NCBI GenBank assembly: GCA_965644295.1 | Contig: CBFFRP010000291.1 | Location: forward strand, 1 to 64,000 | DNA: 64,000 nucleotides | From: Paraphysomonas bandaiensis | Taxonomy: Eukaryota > Protista > Chrysophyceae | Direction: 5' to 3' | Part shown: one piece after another, positions 1 through 14,121 of the stretch | Layout: every line of letters starts with the position of its first letter | Position numbering within the stretch: position 1 is the stretch's first letter | Notes under the pieces: generated by a model | Databases searched by the model: none | What the model saw: only the letters and a program-made list of their open reading frames with translations | Told to the model about the DNA's origin: nothing | Position numbers and translations under genes: made by a program

Positions 1-92
1 ATTATTTATTATAATCCTTCTCTGTGTGCTGCTCTCCAGTATTTGCTGGTAGACATCTTATACAACTGGGCAGCATGATAAGTAGAACCCGA

Positions 93-815
93 TCAAAGAT
101 CATCAATAGGATCTGTGTCTCCCTGGTCCTCTTGTTCTCGCACAAGCATTCGCACATCCCCTTTCTCGTTTCCTAGTTTCCTCTGGTACCAAGGAACACT
201 CTCTTTCGGAGTCCTTTGTTGAGGCCAAGGCGAAGTCCTAGTAGGCATTTCCTTAATTCCAAACCTGGCATTCATAGCTCGAAGTGTCTCTTTAAGAATC
301 TCCTTATCATGAGAAAATTTGCAACTCTTGTCCTTGCACCCACCCTCTACATTCATTTCCTTAAAGCATGGACTCTTCTTGTAAACTTCTGTAGCCATCA
401 CATCCTCATTCACACTCTTAAGGTCATCATCCTTTGCATCATTGTTACTTTCCTTAGTCTGTTTCTCATTCTCATCCGAATCATCTTCCTCCATCATAGC
501 CAATATTGCAGCATTCAATTGAGGCTTTGTTTGGAAATTAAACCTGCCCTTGAATTGTTGATACTTCTCAGAAAGCTCCCTTGTTACTCTTAGATGTTCG
601 AAAAACTCCTCGAAGAATGATTCCACTGAGTTGAAATTCTCTGTTCTCAATAATCTCTTACTGGTATCTCTCATACAAGGTGGTATCAAACTCATCCAGA
701 CTTCCAGTGACCCACCTCGTTTGGTGGTAGTTAGAGGTATACTCAAAGTCAAGTGATTTACTTTTGCTGCATCCACCAAGAAGTCGTATCTCTGAATAAA
801 CTTAGTTTCGAGCAC
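93..815 (-). mobile_element. Gag-like ORF fragment with CCCH zinc finger, probable LTR-retrotransposon remnant
   Basis: Intronless 240-aa ORF lacking an ATG start, with CFKEMNVEGGCKDKSCKFSH (C-x9-C-x4-C-x3-H) after an acidic linker. No Pol domains visible inside the window. Confidence 0.45.
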
Positions 816-1030
816 TGCTATACATAGTGGGGTAATAAACTAAGAACTTTGATAGCTCATTGACCTATTCAATTACTATTGTTACTTGCAGCTGACAGAA
901 AACCTTAAGGAAAACTTTCTCAGATATAGAAACTCAACTTATTCTGTACCAAAACACTTGCTGACAGAAACAACTTCAAAATGGCATGCGCCTGTGTTCT
1001 ACTCGCCATGGAGCACCTATGAGAAACAAA

Positions 1031-4000
1031 CTAGGTCTCCGAATCCGCACGATCAGCAAATATTCTTGGTAAAATGCACATCGACATTAACTCTTGGAAA
1101 AGGAGTTTCCCAGCGTAAGGAATGTGAACCTGGCTAAATCGAGTGTTGTTTCCGCAGTATCCGCAGTGAAATGTTTGCTTACGAAGGTTAGCCACGGCCA
1201 TGATACCACAGTTATCGCAGACATGGACTCGATAAGGATCGCTATTACCAAAGAGTCTATCTCTCAGGAAGTTGGCAGCACCGTGCGATATGAGACAATC
1301 ACGCTCCATTTCACCCATACGAAGTCCTCCCCCCCTTGCTCTACCCTCTAAGGGCTGCCGGGTTAACATCGTCACTGGACCACGGGCACGAGCGTGAATT
1401 TTGTCGTCCACTAAGTGCTTTAAACGCTGATAAAAAGTTGGTCCAAGAAAAATCAATGACTCCAACGGGCGACCAGTGTGACCGTTGTAGAGACACTCAT
1501 TTCCGTGTCTCTGATATCCAAGTCCATGCATGAGCCTACTTATATCCTCCACGTTGGTATCATCCATGAAAGGCGTAGCATCACCCTCCTGTCCCAATAG
1601 ACTCGCCACCTTACTAAGAAGACACTCGACTAAGTGTCCCACTGTCATTCGTGACGGAATAGCATGGGGATTTACTACAATATCTGGGCTGATACCTTCG
1701 CAGGTGAAAGGCATGTCTTCCATACGGTACGTCATACCCACAGTACCTTTCTGTCCGTGCCGAGAAGCGAATTTGTCTCCTACTTGTGGGACACGCAAGT
1801 TGCGGATTCTGACTTTACAGAGCTTGTTGCCCTCCTTATCGGTCGTAAGCATGACACGGTCCACATAACCAGACTCATTGCTGCGCATACATACGCTTTC
1901 ATCTCTGCGGGATCGCGTGGTGGACGATCCATCCGGATTAATCATATCCACGGCGACAGTCTTTCCTATAAGAACGTCATCGGGACTAATGCGAACACCA
2001 GGCTCGACGATTCCGTCAGGTCCGAGTTTTTCGTAAGACCCATGCTTTAGGCCAAGGCAATTAGAGCGAGACGGTATCTCGAAGCAGTCCTGATAAAAGG
2101 GATCACGTTGTCGAGACGCTTTATTGAGCTCTGCAACACCATTATAGCATCTGAAAAATGAAGACCTAAAGAGGCCACGGTCGATGGAAGATTGATTAAC
2201 TATTAAGGAATCCTCCTGATTGTACCCTGTATAAAAAGTCATATACACATACTATATGCTGCACATCTAGCAAATTCACAACATTGCATTACCATCCCAA
2301 CTTACCTGTGTAACAGGCAATGCCAACAATGCAATTGATGCCACTGGGAAGCTCTCTGTGTCAATCACGTTAGCGACAAATAGAAAAAGGTAGTAACCAT
2401 GAAAGAGGACAAATTAACAGTACTCACTTGAACTTGAGATACTCCATAGATCGAGTAGTTGCGAGAGGTTTCTGTGGGTAGTGGAGCACGTGGGCCATGG
2501 TGTCCATTCTCACCTATCAGCGCACGACATATCAGCGCAATTATGAGGACATATTTCTAAATACCTGGAAGTTGGAGCTGTATATACCCATGGCCTGCTT
2601 ACCCATAGCACTTTGGTAGGTGTTTCTGGGGCTCTGGTTGTGATCGGGAAATGGAATGATGGATGCGCAAATACCGAGGATCATAGATGGATGCACTTCG
2701 CAATGAGTATATGTGGTGGAGTAAAGGTCCTGTGGGGGGAGTGCAAGATCAGAAGGTTTCATGGCAACCATTGCTGTTTCCTCCTCCTCGGAGTCAAGTA
2801 GCTCAATCATTCCACTCAACAGCAACTGCTCCCATCCCATTTCTGAATCTTGTTTCAGCATGCGGATAATATGTCTCTTTTTGACTACCAGCTTTTGGTC
2901 CTCTCCAACTATTAAAAGTGGACGACATATACGGCCATATTCCGTGTATATACGCACCTCACGACTCTTTATGTCCCACACAACAGACACCTGTGTATCG
3001 ATATCCACTCTTCTACGGCAATGGCGTAGCTTTTTCACCAGACTCTCTGCGTCACGATGTACACCAACCCAGTTGCCGTTTACAAAAATTTTGGTAGTGC
3101 GAGGATCGGCAATATCTCGGCAGGATATTTCCTCAAGATTCTCTGTACTCCACTCCATGAGGAATGCAATCATATGACCAGTATCAGCACCCACTGATAT
3201 TACCGCCATTAGGGCTAAATTTTTCACCAGACCCACAGCATGTCCTTCTGGCGTCTCTGCGGGACAAATCATTCCCCAGTGGGTGCAGTGAAGCATGCGT
3301 GGCTTGGCGAGCTTTCCTTCCTTCGCAAGGGGAGCATTACATCGTCGCAAATGGGAGAGCGCAGAGGCATAAGTGAGCCGATTTAACACCTGTGATACAC
3401 CAGCCCTCGAAGCATCCCTCTTGTCACCCCAGTTTCCTGTAGCAAGGGAATATTTGAGCCCATCAGATATAGTTTTGGCATTGATAGCCTTCTCCAGATT
3501 GAATTCCTTGCCCGACTCCACACATTTTTTCAGATAACGCTGTACATTCTTAGTCAGTTTCTTAAACAGAATTCGGAAAAGACTTCCCAGCAGAGGACCC
3601 GCTAAATCGAGTCGCTTCTTACCAAGGTGGTCCCTATCATCCTCGTGCAGCCGACCAAGAGAACACATTAGAATCTTGTGAACGATATAGCCTAAAAAGA
3701 ATGCCTTCTTGGTTTCATTGTGCTCCTCGACACCCACATGTGGAAGCATCTCCTTCTGAAGGATGTCCCTCGCGTATTGCACTCGCTCACGCCGGCCAAC
3801 ATTTATGGCAGTACCTCGCTTTCCGATATAATCCAAAGCAACAGTCTGGTTTTGAATGGGGCTGGCCTCGTCCAATGACGGACGGAACCTACTCATCATG
3901 TCCTCATCTGAAAAGTCGTATACGATGTGCTCAATGATTTCCCTGTCGCCTACGAAACCCAGTGCTCGGAACACGATAACAACAGGTATATCCGTGCGCA

Positions 4001-4884
4001 CGTAAGGTATAGTTGACCTCAACTGGTGCCCATCCACTGTACCCTTTGTGCCTTTGCCATACATCTGGAGGTAGATGGTCGATGTTGGTCGCGATCCACG
4101 TGCAACGTGTGACCTGGTCTCACACACCCACTGGTACTTGTGTGGCTGCTGCTTCTGGAACACGTACACGTGGTTGTTCGACATCCGCTCCTGAGCGATT
4201 ATAACCTTCTCCGAGCCGTTTATGATGAAATAACCCCCCTGATCGAACACACATTCCCCTACCAGCGTGAGATCCCTGTCTGATATGCCTGTCAGCCGAC
4301 AGTGCTTCGTGCGAACCATGATCGGTACATAACCAATAAATACATATTCGTGCAACTGACATCTCACTAAGCTACTTTCACCCTCAATGATGTTGCGGTC
4401 ATCGTCTATTGCATATTGCTTGCTTTCGATAAAGACATACATCGCCGCGTGATACGTCAGCGAGCGGAGTCTAGCCTCATGTGGGTACAAATCACGACTC
4501 TCCTCATCAGTCTCAACATATCTCGGAGGAATAATGTAGACTTGTTTAAACTTCACTACATAACAATACTATATGCCAGTAAGCACACAAGAGGGACAGA
4601 ATGTATGAGTGTGTTACCTTCTCAACAATCTCTCCAGGAACGAACTGATCCTCTGGGATAACTTTAATTTCTCCAGCATCATCAACTAACTCCTGAATGC
4701 TATTCTCCATAAAGACATCAAATGAATCCAACTGTTGCCTCACAAGCCCCTTTGTTTCAAAGTATTTATCGATGATAACCCACGCGTCCTCTTGAGTTAT
4801 TTCTTCCTCCAATGAGTCGAAATCTGCCATACCAGCTCCAGATTGCTCTGCATCCATCACGGAAGGAGAGAAGAGATCGTCCAT
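1031..4884 (-). CDS. RPB2: DNA-directed RNA polymerase II second largest subunit (multi-exon)
   Basis: Motifs [97 protein letters not shown] and the C-terminal Zn cysteines. First intron 4569-4617; small exons between 2250 and 2540. Confidence 0.98.
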
Positions 4885-5316
4885 TGGGGGTGTTTACTAT
4901 GACGCAGATGTTGACAGGGAATGTGAGGAGTTGGAGTTGATTTAGTGTGTATATGTATACAATCCCAGTCACTGTGTGAGCGAGACCTGGTGTATGTATA
5001 TGTATACAGTGGTATGGTATGCTCACGTATGCATGCATGTCCGCATATTCCTCTGCATAGAACTATAGGACTCCTCTACAGGTACTACAGCTGCAGTATG
5101 TCGATATCCAGATATACAAACTCCAAGCATCAACAGCAGTACAGTACTCTGTACAGTGCAGTACAGTGTATCCTATATACAGTACATCAGAGTGCAAAGC
5201 GACGACTGTAATACAGCCCGTACTACAGGATGTACCGGTATATGGAGGTGGAGGTGCATATATATGTAGGTACACTATGAGATTTCAGTGTACTCAATCA
5301 AATAAGAATCTAAATG

Positions 5317-5960
5317 GATGTCACTCTATTCGACTCTAGGTGATTGCACTATCAACAGCGGTGTATCCCTCACTGGAATACTATGCTCCGTCACATATCA
5401 TACTCAGCAATGTACTGAGCAGTACGTATAAATGAACTGTAGTTAGAGTCGTTAGTTCTTATAGAACGATCTAGCAATTGATCAAGTGGAAGAAGTCTAA
5501 GCTCTTTAGTTAAGGGGGAGACTATGGTACACCTGTGAAAGTCGGATTGTACTGATAACCATAGCCCGCTTATACTGGCTAATATATCCCATTAGATAAA
5601 CCATGTGTACACACAAGGTAACATTTCAGACGCCTAGATGTCACTCTATTCGACTCTAGGTGATTGCACTATCAACAGCGGTGTATCCCTCACTGGAATA
5701 CTATGCTCCGTCACATATCATACTCAGCAATGTACTGAGCAGTACGTATAAATGAACTGTAGTTAGAGTCGTTAGTTCTTATAGAACGATCTAGCAATTG
5801 ATCAAGTGGAAGAAGTCTAAGCTCTTTAGTTAAGGGGGAGACTATGGTACACCTGTGAAAGTCGGATTGTACTGATAACCATAGCCCGCTTATACTGGCT
5901 AATATATCCCATTAGATAAACCATGTGTACACACAAGGTAACATTTCAGACGCCTAGATG
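5317..5960. repeat. Exact tandem duplication, 320-bp unit x2
   Basis: Sequence from 5321 (tcactctattcgactctagg...) recurs identically from 5641. Confidence 0.95.
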
Positions 5961-6682
5961 TTTGAGACTTATCTTTTAATCTTTCTCTCACTATCACTTG
6001 TAAATTACATGTCTGTTGAACAGTGAGAGTAAGGCCCATATAAATTAATATGTTAATCCAGCTGTCGATAAATCAATAGTTGGTTTCGAGTATTATGAGC
6101 GTAAGCGCTTTGTACATTTGTCTTTCAGTGTGTAGATAGCCAATGTGTCGTGCATCCTGTATCGTTTTTATCTTCGTTGTCATACACAGGATTGTAACTC
6201 AAGATTGCTGATTGCCTTATGCATGACGTGATACAATGCTGAAGAAATTGAACGGCGATTACATAATAGTATGTCTCAGTAGTAACCTATATGAGTATAA
6301 TTTCGTTATGTGAATGCAGTAAACTTTCGGCACAGTAAAACATAATAAATAGAAAACTTGCGCATGGAAGTTTCGTTTGTTACGAAAAGAGTAGAAGATA
6401 GTGATTTTAACGCCTTTCTGGATCTAGTATCTAGTGATATCCCCGACCACCCATATTTCGTATACTACCTAAATTTATCTGCTAGGTATTGCTGTTTTTA
6501 ATAGAATATATATCACTTTTTTAAACTTGTGGTTGAATTAAAAGATATTCCCCTTGATTTCATTTAAGGAATGAAGATACTACAGTAACTTCTAGACTAA
6601 ATAACTACACGTAAAACGCCAGCATTGCATATTTCTACAGCAGAATTAGAGTGGTCATATTTCGTTTACAGGAATAAGGCAA

Positions 6683-8835
6683 TTAGGACTTCTTGGCCTG
6701 GAGCTCTTCTCGAAGCTGCTTGTACCTACTGATACAATCTTTCCTTGTTTTCCCAGTGACTTCTGCAGCAATGCTATTCCAGCGTTCAACTTTATCCATT
6801 GATGCCGGATACTTCTTCAGACCCTGTTCGAGTTGTTGCTGTTGATCCTGTGTCCATACCAGGGGGTCTGAATCAACCGGAGATGGTGTGGCAACCTTCT
6901 GTGAAACCTTGGTCTGGCCCGCAGTAGTAACTGGAACTTTAGCCTTCACGGTACTTCCATTAGTTTTTTCGCTTGATGTTCCCGGCACAGTGGGTGCTGG
7001 TTTTCGTGTTGCTGCGATGCCACCACTCTCTTTCATTGCAGCAAGATGCTCCATTGCATTATGAGCGGCTTTCATACACTCATCCTTTGTGAATGGTGTT
7101 TCTGGATTCCAATAATAGTTGAGATTACAGTCGTGAAAAGTTATAATTACTTCTGTACCTGGTTTCAATATATCATTCATGTAGTTGCAGACAGCTACCC
7201 ATCGTTGGCGCATTCCTCCCGGAAATTTACCAATTGCTTTCGAGAGAGTCGATAAATCGTCCCTACTCCTACACACCGCATATGTATAATCACAAACACT
7301 GTAACATGTTTCAAGATGATCTCTTACCATTCACGATCCAGCCCTTTCTTTTTGAGCTCAGCCGCACTTGCCCGATCGGCCTCCTCCTTGCGTCGCCTCT
7401 CCCGTGCTGCCTCTTCCTCGGCTGCAGCTGCAGCCATTGCTTTTTTTGTTTCCTCCAGTTTACCCAACACGCTTGACAAGTCTTGCTTAAGCAATGAGGA
7501 ATCTTTCAGTGCAGCTGCACCACCAATGCTGTCATTGAGGTCACTCAGGTCAGCTGCCTCCAGTTTACTACATAGGATCTCTACGTCCTCCTCGCTTATT
7601 CCCTCCGCACCGGTTTCAGACACTGCTCGAATCAATTTTCTAAACACGTTCCTTATCTTTCCAGCAGCCTTCTTCTTGGCTTCCCATTCTGCTTTGAGCT
7701 CCTTCTGGCGTTGCCGCTCTTCTTCCTCTTTTCTTGCTTCTTCAGCCCGTGCCTCAGCTTCTCTACGCGCGGCTTCCTCCGCTTCCCGTTCTCTCGCCTC
7801 ACGCGCGGCCTGCTTTTCCTGTCGCACTCTCTCCTTCTCCTGCAACAATCGTGGGTCATACTCCATCGCCCTCATAACCAATTCGTTTATACGAGCCATC
7901 TCCTTTTTCTTGAGTTTCTTGGCCCCTCTCTCATTCTCTTTCACCATCCATCGCTTTTCCTCACGACTTGTGGCACTATCAGGATCATGCTCTGCTGCTA
8001 CGTTCGTAAAATCACGCCATGAATCAAACTTTACCCAATAGTCATAAAATCGATTAACCTGTACAGAACAATATATATCACCACCTACTCAGCTTATCCA
8101 CACACCACTCACGTTATCAATAGAAGTTTCTGCGTCGCCAATTTTGGGAACTGGTTTTTTTGAAGCGAATCTTGCATTTCGCTTGAAAACAGGTTCGAAG
8201 AGAGATAAAAAAGCGTCGAGCCCCTCAGCAGAAGCTTCTTTTGCCTGCGCCTCTGTCGGTATACTGTCATCGAAATCTAGCTGGGAGTCATAAGCTCGGC
8301 GCTTGACTTCATTACTTAGTGTATTTTGCGCCTCCTGAATTTTTAAGAACACCGCTCTTGCATCTTCCTCACATGCAGCAACATTCTGCTGTTTGTCAGG
8401 ATGATACAGCAATACAGCTTTATGGTATGCTTTCTTGATAGTGTCACTGTCAACAGACTCTGCCCATTCTCCCAGTCCCAATACATCATACAAGCTAAAC
8501 GAATCTAAGGTGTCCACAGTAATATTTGTCGGTATAACACTGCAAAAGGAGTTAAGTTGCACATCTCATGCACAGATAATCCATACATTTTATCAGCTGG
8601 AAATTCGTCATTATCATCACCCTCTTGAGACCTGCAACACTAACAGTAAGACTCACACAGCATACACATCATACACATACTTCATATCATTGGGATCATT
8701 TCCCTTTAACCTCCTGATGCCTTTGAAATACCCTGAGCCATATGGCAGAACATTAAATCGAAGATTCACAGCTGGTAGACGCTTCAGTGGCTCAGTATTC
8801 CCTTCACTAGATGAAATGGAAAGGACTAGTGACAT
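6683..8835 (-). CDS. DNAJC2: DnaJ homolog subfamily C member 2 (zuotin/MPP11-like; J domain, ZHD, SANT/Myb domains), multi-exon
   Basis: J domain (LYDVLGL...YHPDK...AQNTLSNEVKRRAYDS), FEPVFKRNARFASKKPVPKIGD, charged coiled coil, two SANT repeats (FPGGMRQRW; WTQDQQQQLEQGLKKYP...ERWNSIA...KTRKDCISRYK). Start codon choice (8835) is tentative. Confidence 0.92.
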
Positions 8836-9014
8836 GTTCTTCAAATGTTTGCTATGAGATATAGTAGAATAGGAATTAAGAGTACAATGCAATGGGTTTA
8901 ATGCGGACTCCATGCCATTCCAACATCCCCCTGCCCTTATATGACCCTTTTCCTAGCCATTCGTATAATTTGGCACTATTCGGACTAGAAATCCCAAAAA
9001 ACCTAATTTCTTAT

Positions 9015-9672
9015 ATACAAACATACATACATACATACATACATACATACATACATACATACATACATACATACATACATACATACATACATTCATAAAT
9101 ACATACATACATACATACATACATACATACATACATACATACATACATACATACATACATACATACATACATACATACATACATACATACATACATACAT
9201 ACATACATACATACATACATACATACATACATACATACATACATACATACATACATACATACATACATACATACATTCATACATTCATACATACATACAT
9301 ACATACATACATACATACATACATACATACATACATACATACATACATACATACATACATACATACATACATACATACATACATACATACATACATACAT
9401 ACATACATACATACATACATACATACATACATACATACATACATACATACATACATACATACATACATACATACATACATACATACATACATACATACAT
9501 ACATACATACATACATACATACATACATACATACATACATACATACATACATACATACATACATACATACATACATACATACATACATACATACATACAT
9601 ACATACATACATACATACATACATACATACATACATACATACATACATACATACATACATACATACATACAT
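9015..9672. repeat. (TACA)n tetranucleotide microsatellite, ~650 bp
   Basis: Nearly uninterrupted acat/taca run between the divergent DNAJC2 and AP3B starts. Confidence 0.99.
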
Positions 9673-9796
9673 AATCTCACTTCGGGTCCACTTTTTCTCT
9701 GCAGGTTCATTGGCTCGTATGTATGTATGTACGTGTGGATGATTGTTATAGTGTGGCAGTGTGCAGATATATACCATTCGGGTGAATTACATTAAA

Positions 9797-12700
9797 ATGG
9801 AAAGCTTCCTACGTGAAGGAGTGGATTTGAAGGGCATTTCCGCCCATGCAATTGGAGGCGATGGTCACTACTTTGACGACACGGATTCTCCCGTTAAACT
9901 AAGGAGTTATCTGGACTCTATGAAGGTACATATATATCACCTAATAACACACATCATCCCTATATTCTCACCCCTCTATTACACTATGGGCAATCAGGAA
10001 ACAGAGAAGTTGAAAGGAATGAAGTGGCTGCTGGCAATGCTCTCACAGGGAAGAAATATCTCTGAGTTTTTTCCAGATGTTGTTAAGAATGTAGTGGCGA
10101 AGAGCGTTGAGGTCAAGAAGATGGTTTATATATACTTAGTTCATTATGCTGATTTCGATAAGCGTTGTCGGGAAATTGCTCTCTTGTCTATAAACTCTTT
10201 TCAAAAGGATTTGGCAGGAAGTAATCAACTGATTCGTGGTTTGGCCCTACGAGTTATGACATCTATTCGCGTGCCAGATATCATTCAAATTCAATTATTG
10301 GCAGTCAGAAAATGTTCTGTAGATAACTCTCCGTATGTACGCAAATGTGCAGCAATTGCACTTCCCAAGATATACTCATTGGATTCGAGTCAATTGGAAC
10401 ATTTGGAAGAAATTCTGCTGAAGTTATTGCAAGATGCATCGACCATGGTGTTGGGCAGCTCCATTGCTGCATTCAACGAGATATGTCCCAATAACTTCAG
10501 GATTATTCATAAATCGTATCGGAAGCTTTGTCATTTATTGGCAGATTTAGACGAGTGGACACAGGTGCTCTATGATTTGCCCGTTCTACTTTATACATTC
10601 TAAGCAATTTATCTAGGTATCTGTGCTGGATATGATGACCAGATATGCCCGGAACCAGTTCACAGATCCTTCCCCTGGACGGGCCGCTGCTGCGCGGCAA
10701 CACGCAAAAAATAGATCTACTTCAGCCTCAAAGGTGCGTCATCTATGTCATTGTCTTGATTTATTGTACGTATTGCCGGAGGTGCTAGTCATATAATTGT
10801 GAGGCTGATAACGGTATACACAGGGGAAACTGTCTGCATTCACGACAGTACGCAGACGAGTGGTCAAAAAGGCTTTTTATAGCGATGAAGAAGATGAAAG
10901 CGACGAGGAGGTACGAGTATCGATGCTCTCTTTTACCATTTCTGAGTTATATGCAGGTTGTTATATTGCCCTCAGAACAAGATACACGAGCAGAACGGGG
11001 CTCCGTATTCACAGGTAGTGGGATATTTGAATACGCTAATGTTTCATCGTAACAATGATGGTAATGTGTACAGGAGGAGATGCAGATATTGAGGGGGACG
11101 TTGACCCTGATCACCGCCTGTTACTCAGGTCAACTCTCCCCTTGTTGAAGAGTCGCAACTCTGGTGTAGTTCTCGGTGTTTGTTCTTTGCACTATTACTG
11201 CGGGTCCCGCAGCTCATCCACCGCAACCCAAATGGGGAAAGCGTTAGTCCGGATTCTTAAGAACAGTCGTGAGATACAATACGTCGTTCTAACTAGTATT
11301 ATTACTATGGCTGAAGTAAGTTTCGGTGGAAATTAAGTGTGTGATCATAGCACACAACTGATTTATCATATAAAATTATGTAGGAACAACCAGGAATGTT
11401 TCTCCCGTATATTCAGGATTTTTTTGTCAAGGCAACCGACCCTATTTTTAACAGGTTCTCTCGTCCGCTATTGTATAGAGGTGTATATTTGATATTCTCT
11501 GATGTAGGTTGCTTAAGTTGGATGTGCTTGCAGCATTGACGACCAAAGATAACGCGGAGTTGGTACTACGGGAGCTTCAAACATATGTACGACATAGCAA
11601 CACGTCATTTGTGTGCGCCACTATCCGCGCTGTCGGTCGAGTTGCAGATGCTGCTCCTAGTTTCGCGGCCACTTGTATGGAGGGTCTCATGCACCTGATC
11701 GTGTGTTCTGATAAACCAGAAGTGCAGGGAGAGGCTGTTGTCACTCTCCGACAACTGCTGCAACAAAGTGGGCCAACTAAAGCTGCAATTGCAGTTTTAC
11801 ATCGACTGGTTAAAATCCTTCTCTCAGAGTCGGGATTTAGGAATGTTCCTGTTGCTCGGGCTTCAGTGGTGTGGTTGGTGGGGGAGTTCCATGATGTATT
11901 ACGTAAGGTTGCCCCTGATATATTGAGAATTTTAGCAAAAGGTTTTACTGATGAATCAACGGAGGCCAAAACTCAGATTGCTAATTTTGCCCTGAAACTC
12001 AGTCTCCGCTTACCGGATGATGACAATGTACAATCGCTGATGACATATGTACTGGAAATGACAAGATATGATACCGACATCGATTTGAGGGATAGGTACG
12101 TGATGTAGTATATTAGTTCTGAGAATGATATTGCTTAGGTCTCGCTTTATGACTGCTATGATGGGACTTGCTCCATCTTCTGGATCTGGCAATGATGAGG
12201 GAATTAATGAACAGGCCCTGGAGGAGCTCGCCCAACATGCGGAGGGCATTTTGTTGGCTCCAAAATTGCCTCCAATGACTCTCCAGGGGCCTGTTGACAT
12301 AGATGGCCTTCCGCGATTCATTTTAGGATCTTTGAGCTCAATTGTTGGTCACCAGGCATCCGGCTATATGCCGATTGTTCAGTGGCCAGATGTTCAGCCA
12401 GATTCTACTGTTCGCGATGCAGTCACGGACTTTGAATCGAGCCAGACCCTAACACGAAACAAGGCCGAGGCGACGAAACTACATCGCGGGTTCGCTGATA
12501 TTTCCAGCTCAAGTAGTGACTCCGATAGTGATAGGGGCCGCAAACCGAAGGCAGTAACTATGGGTGCAAGAAGAGGAGCTTCCAGCAGTAGTAATAGTGA
12601 CTCTAGCAGTGCCTACGATTCTTCTGACAGTGAATCCGAGAGCGATGAAGATTCCCATTCTTCCAGTGAAGAGAGTGAAGATGATATTCCTGTACCTAAG

Positions 12701-14121
12701 AATAAAGCGACGTCATCTGCGCTATCCGCAGGGACTATAACTCGAATGGGAATTCGAAAGGTGGCAACGGGAATGAGAAAGCCACAACAGTCGTCTCAAG
12801 ACTCAGCTCCTGAGTTGGACATATTCGCTGGCATGTCAGATGGGGCTGTTCCGGAAGGTGGGGTTATTCATTCACGTAGCTCGCTTTTAGATATGTCTCT
12901 TGATGGACTCGGGGAATATGATGCACTGGATGAGACCTCTTCCCCATCGAAACTGCCGGATGATTCTTTCGGTGTCAATGTGAACCAACAGGGTGCCGAT
13001 GTACCAACGCCCCCTACACAGCTGTCTAAAGATATGAATTTCTCGTCTATGTCAACTGTCCAGCCGGACTTTGCGACTCCTCCACCCACCGATGACGCCG
13101 CTATACTCGCGTCTATAATGGAAAGCTTCTCTGTTTCATCTCCAAGCCCTGCTGAACAACATTCTACTGTTTCCCGTTCCCAGCCTATCACTCAAAGAAA
13201 CTTCAGCAATACAGTGGAAGAATTTCTGTCAGTTCCAAAGGTTATATTGCGACCAGAGGTGGCAAGTGGACTCCAGGTATCCATGGTATATCGGCACGGC
13301 GTCAGAGCTACCGTTTTACCTGGTGGTACATGTTTGTTCTTGGAGGTTAAAAACTGTTCGAAGGACTACGCTCTACGGTAAGTGTTAAAATAGCTCTTTT
13401 GGGCGTATCCCTTTAAATTTCTTTGTTGTAGGCGCGTCAAGGTTAATTTCCCCGGAGATATTCGACGGACGCCATTAGAAGATATCCCTCACCTTGCACC
13501 TGATGGCTTAGTGAAACTTCCGGCAGAGATGATTTTACAGCCCTTTATTGGTAATCTCTTGAATAGTTGTAACGATTGTCTTATCTCTTCTTCCACAGGA
13601 AAATCAGTCAAAGTAAACATCACTTGTGATCGTGGTCACTTTATCGGGGAGCTCATGCTAGAACCTTACGAACTACTTCAACCACTTTCTATAACATCCG
13701 CTGAATATGCTTCGATGCGGTCGCGGTTGGGTGGGTTTTGTCATAATACCGCTACTATTCCACTTCCGATAGGGCCGGACACACCTGCTAGTGGTCTAGA
13801 GTCGTGGGTAGAGACAACTATTCGTAGTCGCTTGAATGTCTGCGTAGTTCAGAAAGGAAGCGCAACTGACGAGTGGCAGTTTGTGGGATGTGTTCGGAAA
13901 GAGATGAAGGAGGAGAGAGTGCTTATTAGCCTAACAATTGCAAAGTAAGTTCACTGGGCTATCACAACTTTGAAAATGATTATTCTCTTTGTCACAACAG
14001 GAAAAGTGTGGAGATTCGAATCAATGCAGATGATGCAGTGATGAGTGCTACATTGTTAGATTACCTACGCAAAGCGATTGTTGCCAGTGGTCAATATATT
14101 CCTCAGAGTGCTTCTTTGTAG
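9797..14121 (+). CDS. AP3B: AP-3 adaptor complex beta subunit (multi-exon)
   Basis: Adaptin N-terminal HEAT repeats (FFPDVVKNV, EVKKMVYIYLVHYA, ALLSINSFQKDL, SPYVRKCAAIALPKIYSLD, YRKLCHLLADLDEWTQ), DPDHRLLLRSTLPLLKSRNSGVV, Ser/Asp-rich hinge and C-terminal ear; GT-AG introns. Confidence 0.95.

Noticed and set aside
8953-9777. MYVC-repeat ORFs (also HTYI repeats at 8892 and 60760)
   Set aside because: These are translations of the (TACA)n microsatellite and carry no coding evidence.
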